Origin: Candidatus Latescibacterota bacterium
GTDB taxonomy: Bacteria; Latescibacterota; UBA2968; UBA8231
Direction: 5' to 3'
Assembly (NCBI GenBank): GCA_965243025.1
Contig: CBDETY010000003.1
Span: 2,816,001-2,880,000 of the forward strand
DNA: 64,000 nt
Shown: piece by piece, positions 45,739-56,118 of the stretch
Layout: each line of letters starts with the position of its first letter
How positions within the stretch are numbered: position 1 is the stretch's first letter
Made by a program: the position numbers and the translations under genes
Notes under the pieces: generated by a model
Seen by the model: only the letters and a program-made list of their open reading frames with translations
Database searches by the model: none
Told to the model about the DNA's origin: nothing

Positions 45739-47310
45739 TTGGAAATGCGGGTCCTTATCAGACCTGGAGGAAGGCTTTATCCGGCATTCATTGCCTTTCT
45801 CGTCTCCGCCTGCTCTCTCGCACCGGGCCGGAACCCTCCGGTTCTCGATTCAATTGAAAAACTCCCCGGCGAGTTTGCGGGAAGTGAAATCGACGGTTCC
45901 CACCAACCTGGTTCCCACCAACCTCTTGAGTGGTGGAAGGCTTTCGCCGACCCGGTCCTCGACCGGATAATCGAGGAGGTGCTCGCCTCGAACTTCGACC
46001 TCGCCGGAGCGGTCGCCCGGGTCGACCAGGCCAGGGCGCGGGAACGGATAGCGAGGGCGCCGGTGTTTCCGCTGCTCCAGCCTTCGGTCGGCGTCACCGA
46101 CTTCGACACACCGGCCAATGCGGGTATCGGCGCGCAACTGGACGAGGTTGGCCTGGGCCCGGACGCCCTGAGCGCATCCGGAATCGACATCCCCGACAGG
46201 CTCGGCCTGACCACCTGGCACATCGGCACCGAATTCGCCTACGAGCTCGATTTCTGGGGCCGCAACCGCAACGACGGGCGCGCCGCCGGAGCCGAGCGGC
46301 TGGCCTCCGAGTCCGACTACCTCGCTGCCCGCATGGGTGTGCTCGCCGAAACCGTGCGCACCTACCTGGAGATCGTCAACCTGCGCAGCCAGCGGAGGCT
46401 GGCAGGCGAAATCGTGGAAATCCTGCAGCACCGCGAGTCGCTGGCCGGGTCCCGTTACGGCCGCGGGCTGACCGATCTGACCCCCCTCCGCACGGCGCGG
46501 CGGAACCTGCGCAACGCGCAGGCCGAGCTGCCGCAGATCGAAGCTGTGCTGGCGGATGCGGAGGGGCGGCTCCGGGTGCTCCTGGGAGGTTTCCGCGCGG
46601 AACTTGCAGACCTGATGCCGGAATCCATGAAGCCTTCCCCAACCCTCGAACCGGTTCCCGCGGGGATTCCGGCCGATCTCCTTGTGCAGCGGCCCGACGT
46701 CAGCGCCGCCAGGCAGCGGGTCGAAGCGGCGCGCTACTCGGTCGGCGCCCGCCGCGCCGAGCTGCTGCCGAGGCTGTCCCTGTCCGGCTCCATCGGGCTG
46801 CAGAGCACGGAGTCGGGTGAGTTGTTCAACCCCGACCAATGGTTCCGCAATCTCAGCCTGAACCTGCTCGGCCCCGTGTTTCAGGGGGCGCGGCTGCGCG
46901 GCAATGTCGCCCTCGCGGAGGCCCGGCTGAACGAAGCCGCCGCGGCTTACGGGCGTTCGGTGGTGACCGCGGTAAGCGAGGTCGAAGCCGCCCTTGCGGG
47001 TCTGGAAGCGAGCCGCCGGCGCCACTCGCTGCTCGCATCCCTGGCGGAAGAGGCCCGGGCCGAATCGGCCTTGCAGGAGCAGCGGTACCTCTCCGGCGTG
47101 GGGGGCTACGAGGCTTTCCTGACCGCGGCCCACACCCTCCTAGGCGCACAGTCCGCACTGACGGCCGCGGAGCGCGACCTGGGTTATGCCCGTCTTGCCC
47201 TGCACCGCGCGCTCGGAGGTTCGTGGACCGCTGACGAAGGGGAAACCGTCCGCCAGAGCGAAGCAGCCCCGGCCGCCCCGCCCCGTTCTCTTCCGACCTC
47301 CACGGAGTAA
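45739..47310 (+). CDS. TolC/NodT-family outer membrane efflux lipoprotein
   Basis: Lipobox VSAC, WWKAF.DP.L, YELDFWGR, P..L..RPDV..A, L.RALGG.W. Confidence 0.9.
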   Translation: MEMRVLIRPGGRLYPAFIAFLVSACSLAPGRNPPVLDSIEKLPGEFAGSEIDGSHQPGSHQPLEWWKAFADPVLDRIIEEVLASNFDLAGAVARVDQARARERIARAPVFPLLQPSVGVTDFDTPANAGIGAQLDEVGLGPDALSASGIDIPDRLGLTTWHIGTEFAYELDFWGRNRNDGRAAGAERLASESDYLAARMGVLAETVRTYLEIVNLRSQRRLAGEIVEILQHRESLAGSRYGRGLTDLTPLRTARRNLRNAQAELPQIEAVLADAEGRLRVLLGGFRAELADLMPESMKPSPTLEPVPAGIPADLLVQRPDVSAARQRVEAARYSVGARRAELLPRLSLSGSIGLQSTESGELFNPDQWFRNLSLNLLGPVFQGARLRGNVALAEARLNEAAAAYGRSVVTAVSEVEAALAGLEASRRRHSLLASLAEEARAESALQEQRYLSGVGGYEAFLTAAHTLLGAQSALTAAERDLGYARLALHRALGGSWTADEGETVRQSEAAPAAPPRSLPTSTE

Positions 47311-47316
47311 ACCCCC

Positions 47317-48528
47317 ATGTCCCGCATACGCAGCTTGATCGTTGCCGCCGCCATAATCGCGGTCTCCGTCGGCCTGGCGGCCTTTCTCGTTTCGCTGGCG
47401 CCGGAGCCGGCCCGCACCGAGCCGCCGCCGCCGGTCCCGTTCGCGCAGACCGGGCTGGTCAAGGCCGGGACCGGTCCCATACCGGTATTCGGAGCCGGTA
47501 CGGTGAGGCCGAGCGCGGAGATCGCAATCACTCCGCAAGTCGGCGGCAAGGTCGTCTGGGTGCATCCGGGATTCCGCAGCGGGGGACGGGTCGGGAAGGG
47601 CCAGGCGATCTTCCGCATCGAGGAAGCGGAATACCAGTACCGGGTGCGGGAGGCAAAGGCCAATCTCGCCGCCCGGCGGGTGGCCCTGCTTCAGGAAGAG
47701 GAACAGGCCGCCATCGCCCGCGGCCAGTACGAGCTTTACTCCGGCAGCCGGGGAGATACGGCATCGGCCGCGGCAAATCCCCTGACTCTGAGAGAACCCC
47801 AGCTCGAAGCCGCCCGCGCCGCCATGGACCGCGACGAAGCCCGCCTTGCCGAGGCGAACCTCGCCCTGTCGCGAACCCGGGTGACGGCCCCCTTCGACGG
47901 CTTCGTGCGCGAGGAGTCCGTTGACGCGGGGCAGGTCGTGAGCCCCGGCCAGCCGGTCGGGCGGCTTTTCTCCGCCGATGCCGTGGAAGTGGTCGTGTCC
48001 CTGTCCGACGCCGACGCCGCCCTGATCCCGGGGCTGTGGCAACTCGAGGCAGGCGACGGGAACCGAAAGGTGGCCGCCCGGGTGGTCGCCCGCTACGGCG
48101 GGGAGAGCTTTTCCTGGGAAGGTTTCGTCGATCGGGGCGAGGCGTCCCTCGACGAACAGACGCGCACCATCGACGTGATCGTGCGTGTGCCGGACCCGTT
48201 TTCCGCGAGCGTTCCGGCTGGCGGGGCAGGCGTCCCCGGGGGCAACCCGCCGTTGCTGGTGGGTGAGTTCGTCGAGGTGGAAATCCAGGGCCTCGAGCTC
48301 GATGGCTACTTCGAGGTGCCGCGGGCTGCCCTGCGCGCCGGCGACGAGGTCTGGATGGTCGACGAGGGCGGAGTCGTGAGCATCGTTCCGGTACGGGTGC
48401 TGCAGCGGGCGGACGACCGGGTATTCGCGACCGGCAGCCTCGGAAGCGGCGGGGCGGTGATCACCGGCGGGATCCAGTTCGCCACCCAAGGCATGCTCGT
48501 CAGGACCGGGGCGGACCCCTCGCCATGA
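47317..48528 (+). CDS. RND periplasmic adaptor subunit
   Basis: PQVGGKV, L.RTRV.APFDG.V, L.VGEFVEVEI.G. Confidence 0.9.
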   Translation: MSRIRSLIVAAAIIAVSVGLAAFLVSLAPEPARTEPPPPVPFAQTGLVKAGTGPIPVFGAGTVRPSAEIAITPQVGGKVVWVHPGFRSGGRVGKGQAIFRIEEAEYQYRVREAKANLAARRVALLQEEEQAAIARGQYELYSGSRGDTASAAANPLTLREPQLEAARAAMDRDEARLAEANLALSRTRVTAPFDGFVREESVDAGQVVSPGQPVGRLFSADAVEVVVSLSDADAALIPGLWQLEAGDGNRKVAARVVARYGGESFSWEGFVDRGEASLDEQTRTIDVIVRVPDPFSASVPAGGAGVPGGNPPLLVGEFVEVEIQGLELDGYFEVPRAALRAGDEVWMVDEGGVVSIVPVRVLQRADDRVFATGSLGSGGAVITGGIQFATQGMLVRTGADPSP

Positions 48529-51500
48529 GTCCCAACGACGATTTCCACGGGGAACGGCCCGGACCGCTCGCCTACATGGCGGGCAACGGCGTCGCCGCCA
48601 ACCTGCTGATGTGGGCAATCATCGCCGCGGGACTGGTGTCGCTCACCGCCATCGAGCGCGAAGCCTGGCCGACCCAGTCCTTCTACCATATCGAAGTCTC
48701 CATGGCCTATCCCGGCGCCACGCCGGAGGAGATCGAGGAGTCGATCGTCGTAAAGATCGAGGACCAGGTCAGCGGGCTGGATGACGTGAAGGCGGTCAAG
48801 TCCGTAGCGGCCCCGGGCATGGCCTCGGTGCGGGTCCAGATGGATTACGACACCGACATGGCCCGGGCCCTGGACGATATCGAGTCTGCGGTCAGTCGCA
48901 TACCGTCCTTCCCGGCCGGCGCCGAACGTCCGCGGTTCCGGGAGATGGACAACCGCATGAGCATTATGCGGCTCATCGTCCACGGCGACGTCTCCGAGCG
49001 CTCGCTGAAGGAACTGGCGTACCAGATCGAGGACGACCTCACCACGCTCCCCTCCGTCTCCCAGGTGGAAGTCAGCGGGGTCCGGAGCTACGAGATCTCC
49101 ATCGAGGTTCCCCTTCACCGCCTGCGGGCCCTCGGACTCACGCTCACCGACATCGCCGGCACCATTCGCCGCAGTTCCCTGGACCTGTCGGCCGGCAGCA
49201 TCGATACCCGGGAATCCCAGGTCCGGGTGCGCACCCTCGGCCAGAACTACGACCAGCAGGACTTCGAGGAGATCGTCCTTCTCAGCGGCCGTGACGGCAC
49301 GGTCGTGCGCCTCGGCGATATCGCCGAGGTCCGCGACGGTTTCCAGGAAGCCGACCTGATCGTGCGGCACCAGAACCATCCCGCGGTCTTCGTCGAGGTC
49401 TACCGGGCCGGCGGCGAGCACGTGATGGACGTGGCCACCACCGTCCGCGAGCACCTGGCGAACGAGGTGATCCCGGCCCTGCCGGACGGCGTCGGCATCA
49501 CCATGTGGAACGACGAATCCCAGGTCTATGAGGAACGCGCCGATCTTCTCCTCAAGAACGGGATCCTGGGCATGTTGCTGGTGCTGATCGCGCTCAGCCT
49601 GTTTCTCGAAATCCGGCTCGCGCTCTGGGTCGCCGTGGGCCTCGCCGTTTCGGGTATCGGCGCCCTCGCCGTCATGATGGCATTCGACGTGGCGATCAAT
49701 ACCATCAGCCTGTTCTCCTTCGTCCTCGCCATAGGGATCGTCGTCGACGACGCCATCGTCGTGGCCGAGCACATTCGATACGAACGCCAGCGGGGAACAC
49801 CCGGGGTCACGGCCGCGATCCGCGGGGTACGGCGGATAAAGGTGCCGTTGACGTTCGCAGTCCTCACGTCGGTGGTGGCCTTCGTCCCGCTGCTGTTCAT
49901 CCCCGGCGGCATCGGCGACGTGTGGCGGGCCCTGCCGATCATCATGATCGCCATGCTGCTGGTTTCCCTGGTCGAATCGCTGCTGGTGCTGCCCAACCAC
50001 CTGTCCCACCTGCACGGCCCGGAGTGGGTGCCGGCCAATGCCTTCGACCGGTTCTTCGCGGGGCTGCAGGGGCGCGTGGACGCGCTGCTGAACAGGTTCG
50101 TGCAAGGGCCCCTGGACCGGGCCCTGAGGTTCGCCACGGCCCAGCCCGGAGTGACGATGGCGGGGGCCGTGGGAATGCTCGTGCTGAGCATCTCCCTTTT
50201 GCCCGCCGGGATCGTTCCTACCACGCTGGCCGCTGACGTGGAGGGGGATATCGCGACGGTCGTCCTGGAGATGCCCGACGGGGCGACCGCTCCGAGGACG
50301 TACGAGGTGGCGCAGGAACTGGAGGCCGCGGGCAACCGGGTCATCGAACGACTCTCGCGCGGCCGGCCCGGGGACGCGTCGCCGCTGCTGACCGGCGTGA
50401 CGGTGACCGTCGGGCTGGGCTCGAGACTCGAGGGCGGGCTCAATCCGGAGCCCACCCTCAACCCGCAAGCCAATATCGCCACCATCGAGTTCAAGCTCCT
50501 GGGCGCCCAACAGAGAGAGATCTCCACCGGAGAGGTCGTGCAGGCATGGCGGGAGGAGGTGGGTGTGCTGCCGTACGTGCGCGGCATCACCTTCAGCAGC
50601 GAGGTCTTCGACCTGGGCAACCCTGTCGAGGCGGTGCTTTCGCATCCGCATCCGGAACTTCTCGCCGAGATCGCGGACTCGGTGGTCGAAGGCCTCCGAA
50701 GTGTGGATGGCGTCTACGACATACGTTCGGACCACACCCCGGGAATCCCGGAAGTTCAGCTCGAGCTGCTTCCGGAAGCGCGCACACTCGGTCTCACGCT
50801 CGAAGAGCTGGCCGGGCAAACGCGCGCCGCCTTCTTCGGCGCCGAGGCGGTCCGGGTGCAGCGGGGCCGCGAAGAGGTCCGGGTCTACGTGCGCCTGCCC
50901 GAAGACGAGCGGAATTCGATCACCGACGTCGAAAGCTACCTGGTCCGCACGCCGGGCGGGGCCGAGGTCCCGGTCATGAGTGTGGCCTCCCTGAACCCGG
51001 GGGTGTCGCCGCCGGCCGTTCGACGGAAGGACGGCCAGCGCGTCGTCACGGTCACTGCGGACGTCGATGCTTCCGTGATTTCAGGCGACGAAGCCAACGA
51101 CATCCTGGCCAATTCCATCCTCGCGGACCTGACCGCCCTGCACCCGGACCTGACATTCAGTTTCGGCGGGGAACAGCAACAGCAGCTCGAATCCCTGGAC
51201 GCGCTGTACCGCGGGTTCGCGGTCGCCCTGATCATGATCTTCGCCCTCCTCGCCATCCCCCTCCGATCCTATACCAAGCCGTTCATAATCATGGCCGTGA
51301 TCCCCTTCGGATTCATCGGAGTGATCCTGGGTCACTGGATCCTCGGAGTAGCCCTGAGCGCCGTATCCTTCATGGGGATCTTCGGCCTGAGCGGGGTGGT
51401 GGTGAACGATTCCCTGGTCATGCTCGATTTCATCGATCAGAAACTCGGGGAAGGCGTCCCGGCAAGGACTGCGGTCGTGGAGGGAGCCAAGGGGCGCTTT

Positions 51501-51719
51501 CGTCCGATCATGCTCACTTCCCTGACTACGTTCCTCGGCTTCACGCCCCTCATCCTGGAACGCGCCATCCAGGCCCAGTTCCTGATCCCCTTTGCCGCCT
51601 CGCTCGGTTGCGGCATCCTCTTCACCACGGCCATACTCATGATGGTCGTTCCCGCGCTCTACACCATCCATCTGCGTCTGATTGCTTCGGGGCGCCGTTC
51701 CGGCACCGGCAGCGCGTAG
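48525..51719 (+). CDS. AcrB/AcrD/AcrF-family RND permease
   Basis: N.VAANLLM, YPGATPEEIE, GIVVDDAIVV.E, GVVVNDSLV, RFRPIMLTSLTT. Confidence 0.93.
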   Translation: MSPNDDFHGERPGPLAYMAGNGVAANLLMWAIIAAGLVSLTAIEREAWPTQSFYHIEVSMAYPGATPEEIEESIVVKIEDQVSGLDDVKAVKSVAAPGMASVRVQMDYDTDMARALDDIESAVSRIPSFPAGAERPRFREMDNRMSIMRLIVHGDVSERSLKELAYQIEDDLTTLPSVSQVEVSGVRSYEISIEVPLHRLRALGLTLTDIAGTIRRSSLDLSAGSIDTRESQVRVRTLGQNYDQQDFEEIVLLSGRDGTVVRLGDIAEVRDGFQEADLIVRHQNHPAVFVEVYRAGGEHVMDVATTVREHLANEVIPALPDGVGITMWNDESQVYEERADLLLKNGILGMLLVLIALSLFLEIRLALWVAVGLAVSGIGALAVMMAFDVAINTISLFSFVLAIGIVVDDAIVVAEHIRYERQRGTPGVTAAIRGVRRIKVPLTFAVLTSVVAFVPLLFIPGGIGDVWRALPIIMIAMLLVSLVESLLVLPNHLSHLHGPEWVPANAFDRFFAGLQGRVDALLNRFVQGPLDRALRFATAQPGVTMAGAVGMLVLSISLLPAGIVPTTLAADVEGDIATVVLEMPDGATAPRTYEVAQELEAAGNRVIERLSRGRPGDASPLLTGVTVTVGLGSRLEGGLNPEPTLNPQANIATIEFKLLGAQQREISTGEVVQAWREEVGVLPYVRGITFSSEVFDLGNPVEAVLSHPHPELLAEIADSVVEGLRSVDGVYDIRSDHTPGIPEVQLELLPEARTLGLTLEELAGQTRAAFFGAEAVRVQRGREEVRVYVRLPEDERNSITDVESYLVRTPGGAEVPVMSVASLNPGVSPPAVRRKDGQRVVTVTADVDASVISGDEANDILANSILADLTALHPDLTFSFGGEQQQQLESLDALYRGFAVALIMIFALLAIPLRSYTKPFIIMAVIPFGFIGVILGHWILGVALSAVSFMGIFGLSGVVVNDSLVMLDFIDQKLGEGVPARTAVVEGAKGRFRPIMLTSLTTFLGFTPLILERAIQAQFLIPFAASLGCGILFTTAILMMVVPALYTIHLRLIASGRRSGTGSA

Positions 51720-51750
51720 TGCAATTCACGATGCAGGGAGGCTGAGGCTG

Positions 51751-53784
51751 ATGGCTGATACTACCGAGGGCTTGACGACCCCACCCCTGACTCTGACCCA
51801 GGAACTCATCCTGATGCTCCTCAACGAGGAGACCGGCTACTTTCACCAGGTACCCGGCTGGCACCTGAACTGCGCCGTGGTCGGTGCCGTGCTCGCGGAG
51901 CTTTCACTCCAATCTCGCATCGACACGGACATGGAATCCCTCTTCCTCGTGGACGCGTCGGAAACGGGCAACCCGGCCCTGGACCCCATCCTCGAGGAAA
52001 TCGCGAACGCACCGAGGCAACACAACGCCCAGTACTGGATCGAACGGCTCGCTCCCCGTGCCGAGTCGATCATCGATTCGGTCCTGGACCGCCTGGTTGA
52101 CCTGAAGATCCTGGAATACCACGACGGCGAATTCTGGACACTGGCTCCTGCCGTCCGGCATGGGGAACTGTCCGGCACGTCGGAGGAGGGCACTGAGGGC
52201 CAGTTCATAAGGACCCGTATCAGCAGGGTCATCTTCACCGACGAGATACCCGATCCGAGAGATGTCATCATTATCTGCCTCGTCAATACCTGCGACGTAT
52301 TCCGTTTCATATTCCAGCTCGACGACGAGGCGGAGGAGCGCATCGAGTTCATCTGCAGGATGGACCTGATCGGCCGCTCCCTGGCGGCTGCGGTCTCTCA
52401 GAACCTCGCCGGCCCGGCCCTTCAACGCCCTGCCCTTGCCAGGAAGATCCCGACGGTTTCGCTCACCAAGCTGCTGCGGAACCCCCATGTTCGAGACGGC
52501 AACCTGAACGCGCTCTTCGGGAGCCTTGCGGAGGAGTACGGTCCGGTGTTCCAGATCCGCCCTCCCTTCTCGAAGCCCATGATCTTCCTGGCCGGACTCG
52601 AGGCAAACCGCTGGGTGCACAAGCGGGGGCGCATGTACCTGAGAGCCAGGGACTACTTCAGCGACTTCGAGAAGGTCTACGGCGCCTCCGGCGTCCTGCC
52701 CGCCCTGGACGGCGCCGATCACTTCCGGCTTCGCAAGTCCCTGTCGCCGGCCTATTCCGCCGGGAGGCTGGGAGGGCAGCTGGACCAGCTCTACAACCAG
52801 GGGCGCAAGTACATGGCGAGCTTGACGGTAGGGGACTCCTACCGCGCCACGTCCATGTGCCGGGAGATGGTGAACGCGCAGCTCTCGCCGCTGTTCATCG
52901 GCGTCGAAACCCAGGACCTCATGGACGACCTGATGGCCTACAAAATGCGGGCCCTCAGCGTGCACATCGCCAAGCTCCTGCCAAGGTTCACGCTGAACAC
53001 CCCGGGCATGAGACGCCGGGCGAAAGCCCTGGACATACTGATGCAGCGGGTCGAGAGCGTCCATACCCCCGCCCAACGGGCGGACAGCCCGCGGGACCTG
53101 GTGGACGATTACCTCAGCTTGCACGCGAGCGACCCCCAGTTTCTCCCGGAGTCCAACCTGCGGTTCGCCTTTTCCGCGGCCCTGATCGCCAGCGTGTACC
53201 TCGGGGATACGTTCAGCCTCGTAGTCTACGCCATGGCGTCGCAGCCCGACCTCTACGCCCGGATCCAGGCCGAAGCAGATGCCCTGTTCGCCAAGGGCGA
53301 CCCCGAAAGAGAGGACTTCACCCCCGCCAACATCGACGTGACGCACCGCTTCCTGATGGAGTGCCTGCGCATGTACCCCATCGTCTCCATGTCCATTCGG
53401 AACGTGATGAATACCTGCGTGGTCGAGAATCACGAGCTGCCCATGGGGGAACGGATCCACATCGCCATGACCGCCACGCATTACATGAGCGACGTCTTTC
53501 CCGACCCCTGCAAGTTCGACATCGACCGCTACCTGCCGCCGCGCCATGAGCATCGCAACCCCGGGTACGCCCCGTACGGGCTGGGCACGCACAAGTGTCT
53601 CGGCACCCGCTGGATGGAGCTGCACCTGGCGGCCAACCTGCTGATGCTGGCGCACTACTTCACTATTGAGGTGTCCCCGGAGAAGTACAAGACCAAGCTC
53701 CGTTTCAGTCCCTTTCCGTCGCTGAAACCGAGCAAGAAGCTGAAGTTCCGCATCTCCGGGCAGAGGCGCGAGCTGCCCGCCTGA
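51751..53784 (+). CDS. GPP34 (GOLPH3-like) domain-cytochrome P450 fusion
   Basis: N-terminal LTL..ELILMLL.E..G...GAVLAEL....RI...TG.P.LD (GPP34-like); P450 ExxR (ECLR), F.DP.KFD.DR and heme motif YGLGTHKCLG. Confidence 0.82.
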   Translation: MADTTEGLTTPPLTLTQELILMLLNEETGYFHQVPGWHLNCAVVGAVLAELSLQSRIDTDMESLFLVDASETGNPALDPILEEIANAPRQHNAQYWIERLAPRAESIIDSVLDRLVDLKILEYHDGEFWTLAPAVRHGELSGTSEEGTEGQFIRTRISRVIFTDEIPDPRDVIIICLVNTCDVFRFIFQLDDEAEERIEFICRMDLIGRSLAAAVSQNLAGPALQRPALARKIPTVSLTKLLRNPHVRDGNLNALFGSLAEEYGPVFQIRPPFSKPMIFLAGLEANRWVHKRGRMYLRARDYFSDFEKVYGASGVLPALDGADHFRLRKSLSPAYSAGRLGGQLDQLYNQGRKYMASLTVGDSYRATSMCREMVNAQLSPLFIGVETQDLMDDLMAYKMRALSVHIAKLLPRFTLNTPGMRRRAKALDILMQRVESVHTPAQRADSPRDLVDDYLSLHASDPQFLPESNLRFAFSAALIASVYLGDTFSLVVYAMASQPDLYARIQAEADALFAKGDPEREDFTPANIDVTHRFLMECLRMYPIVSMSIRNVMNTCVVENHELPMGERIHIAMTATHYMSDVFPDPCKFDIDRYLPPRHEHRNPGYAPYGLGTHKCLGTRWMELHLAANLLMLAHYFTIEVSPEKYKTKLRFSPFPSLKPSKKLKFRISGQRRELPA

Positions 53785-53795
53785 GGCGCTGCGAA

Positions 53796-54827
53796 GTGGG
53801 GCTGGGAAAGCTTTCGAGAGAGCTGAGAGACGCGTACCGGGGATCGCCCGTGGCGCGGCGGGTCCGGCACTTCGAGGGCTGGCTCGACCGGGCGGCGGCG
53901 GAGCCAGGTGGCGCGGGGTACGACCACACTGAAACAGCGAAAGACTATTACGACCTCTGCAGCGGGTTCATGGTGTGGGGCTGGGGCGAATCCCTGCACT
54001 TCGCCCCCCTCACGCCTCATGAGAGTCTGGAGGAGTCCAAGGTCCGGCACCAGCGGGCGATGATCTCCGAGTTGGAGCTGCAACAGGGTATGACGGTGGT
54101 CGACGTCGGTTGTGGGGTCGGCGGCCCCATGCGCCGCGTCGTCCGTGAGGCCGGGGTCAGGGTCGTGGGCATCAACATCAATGAGATCCAGTTGGAAATG
54201 GCGAAGAGGTTGAACGCCGAGGCGGGGCTCGATCACATGGTCGATTTCGAGACCTGCAGCTTCATGGACATGAGCGCCATCGAGGACGACACCTTCGACC
54301 GGGGGTATGCCATAGAGTCAACCTGCCATGCGCCGGACAAGCAACGCGCCTTCGAGGAGGTTTTCCGCGTGCTGAAACCCGGTGCCCTGTTCTGGGGGCA
54401 GGAAATGTGTCTGACGGACAAGTTCGATCCGCAGGACGACCGGCACCGGGCCATCGAGCAGGATCTCATGCGCGGCATTGCGCTGAAGGACATCGCCACC
54501 TTCGGGGAAGTGGATCACGCGCTCCAAGCCGCGGGATTCCAAGTCATGGAAGGGATGGACCGGGACGTCCAGGAGGGACCCTCCACACCTTGGTACAAGC
54601 CCATGGAGAGTCGCCACGGGGCGTTGGGCAACGCCTTGCGCAGGCTTCCGTGGGGCCGCAAGGCCTTCCTCGCAGGATCGAAGCTGGCGGAAGTGCTGCG
54701 GCTCTTTCCGAAAGGCTCCGCCGAAGTGGTCCGATTCCTCGATCGAACCGCGCAGGCTTATGTCGCGGGGGGCAAGGCGGGAATCTTCACGCCGCTGTAC
54801 TGTTTTCTGGCTCGCAAGCCTCTTTAA
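53796..54827 (+). CDS. Sterol C24-methyltransferase (ERG6/SMT)-like
   Basis: YYD....F..WGWGESLHFAP (sterol-binding region I-like), VDVGCGVGGP, YAIESTCHAP, VLKPG, C-terminal GG..GIFTP......RKP. Confidence 0.85.
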   Translation: MGLGKLSRELRDAYRGSPVARRVRHFEGWLDRAAAEPGGAGYDHTETAKDYYDLCSGFMVWGWGESLHFAPLTPHESLEESKVRHQRAMISELELQQGMTVVDVGCGVGGPMRRVVREAGVRVVGININEIQLEMAKRLNAEAGLDHMVDFETCSFMDMSAIEDDTFDRGYAIESTCHAPDKQRAFEEVFRVLKPGALFWGQEMCLTDKFDPQDDRHRAIEQDLMRGIALKDIATFGEVDHALQAAGFQVMEGMDRDVQEGPSTPWYKPMESRHGALGNALRRLPWGRKAFLAGSKLAEVLRLFPKGSAEVVRFLDRTAQAYVAGGKAGIFTPLYCFLARKPL

Positions 54828-54938
54828 GCCTGGATGACAGGCCGGTCCTCGCCTTGGAATGGAGGGGCATCGGCGATCGTTCAGCGGGGCCGCCCACCAG
54901 GACGGAAACGGCCAGGTACGGCAGGTGTCGGGCGAGAG

Positions 54939-56024
54939 TTACCCGACCTCGCCGGACTCTGCCGTTTCACCCCCGGCGCCGTCCGGCTCAAGTTGCGGAT
55001 AGAACTGCCGGCAGTACCGGCGGTACTGCCCTATGGGGCCGTCGGCCGCACACAGCCTGGGGACAGGCCGGTACTGCTTCCGCTCCCAGATCACCACGTC
55101 CTGCAGGACATCCTGTTGCTGTTGTGACAGCAGAATGCGGTTCATCAGCCTGCTGCGAAGCTTCATCGGAAGAAACCCCAGGCCCGAGATGAACCGCCGC
55201 GGCCTGCGGATGTCCCGCATCTGGCTGACCAGTGCGAGATCGATGAGAGTGCCGTCAACGGGCGTTGCCAGCACCCACAATCGAGTATTCATACCGATGG
55301 TTTTCTCGTGGATTTCGACGAAGGAGTACCCCAGTCCATGGACGTGGGTGACGGCCGAGGTTTCGTGCACGAGGTCCTTTACCCCCAGGATCCTGCGGAC
55401 CCGTTTGAAATCGAAGCAGCTCTTCAGGTAGGGGCCGTCGACCGTGACCGTACCGACCGGATTCACGTTGTCGTAGCCGTGCACGTAGCGCAGGTGTCCC
55501 AGGTCCACGGAGTTCTCGGCCGTCTCCTGGGGATGGCCGCGGAACCGGAGGGTCCTGAATCCCGGCTTCCCCCACTCCGGGCCGCCGGGGGGGTCGTCCG
55601 GAAGGTGCCAGTGCGGAGGACGGCCGCCGCTGCCGAACCAGGCGAAGACCATGCCGAGGATCTCCCTGGTCTCGTAAACCTTCAGTTTCGCGGCTTTGGG
55701 AGCCGGGGCGTTCGGAGTGGCGACGCACTGGCCGGTCGTGTCGAACTCAAACCCGTGAAACGGACAGACGAGGCGGCCGTCGCACACCTGGCCGCCGACC
55801 TCCGGCCCCAGGTACGAACCCAGGTGGGGACATACCGCGTCGGCCACGCAGACTCGGCCTGCCTCGTCGCACCAGGCGACGATTTCCTCCCCCAGCCAGG
55901 TTTTCTCGATCAGTTTCTCACGCAGAATGGACTCGCGGGTTTCTACGAAATACCACCCCTCGGGGAACGCCGGCAACTCGTCGATTCGATTCAAGGCAGG
56001 TCGTTGGGAGTTGCTGACTGGCAT
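54939..56024 (-). CDS. Rieske non-heme iron oxygenase, Neverland/DAF-36/KshA-like
   Basis: FP.GWY, CPHLG, CPFHGF.F, ENSVDLGH...VH, QD..IWE.K.Y...P.L...DGPI...RRY..QFY. Confidence 0.82.
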   Translation of the reverse strand: MPVSNSQRPALNRIDELPAFPEGWYFVETRESILREKLIEKTWLGEEIVAWCDEAGRVCVADAVCPHLGSYLGPEVGGQVCDGRLVCPFHGFEFDTTGQCVATPNAPAPKAAKLKVYETREILGMVFAWFGSGGRPPHWHLPDDPPGGPEWGKPGFRTLRFRGHPQETAENSVDLGHLRYVHGYDNVNPVGTVTVDGPYLKSCFDFKRVRRILGVKDLVHETSAVTHVHGLGYSFVEIHEKTIGMNTRLWVLATPVDGTLIDLALVSQMRDIRRPRRFISGLGFLPMKLRSRLMNRILLSQQQQDVLQDVVIWERKQYRPVPRLCAADGPIGQYRRYCRQFYPQLEPDGAGGETAESGEVG

Positions 56025-56118
56025 GTCCGGAGATCCTGTCATCAGCACCGAGATAATATCAGAGTTATGCAAGTTCCCTGGTATGAAATGCCCAGGGGGG
56101 AACCCGAGGGTGATTCAG

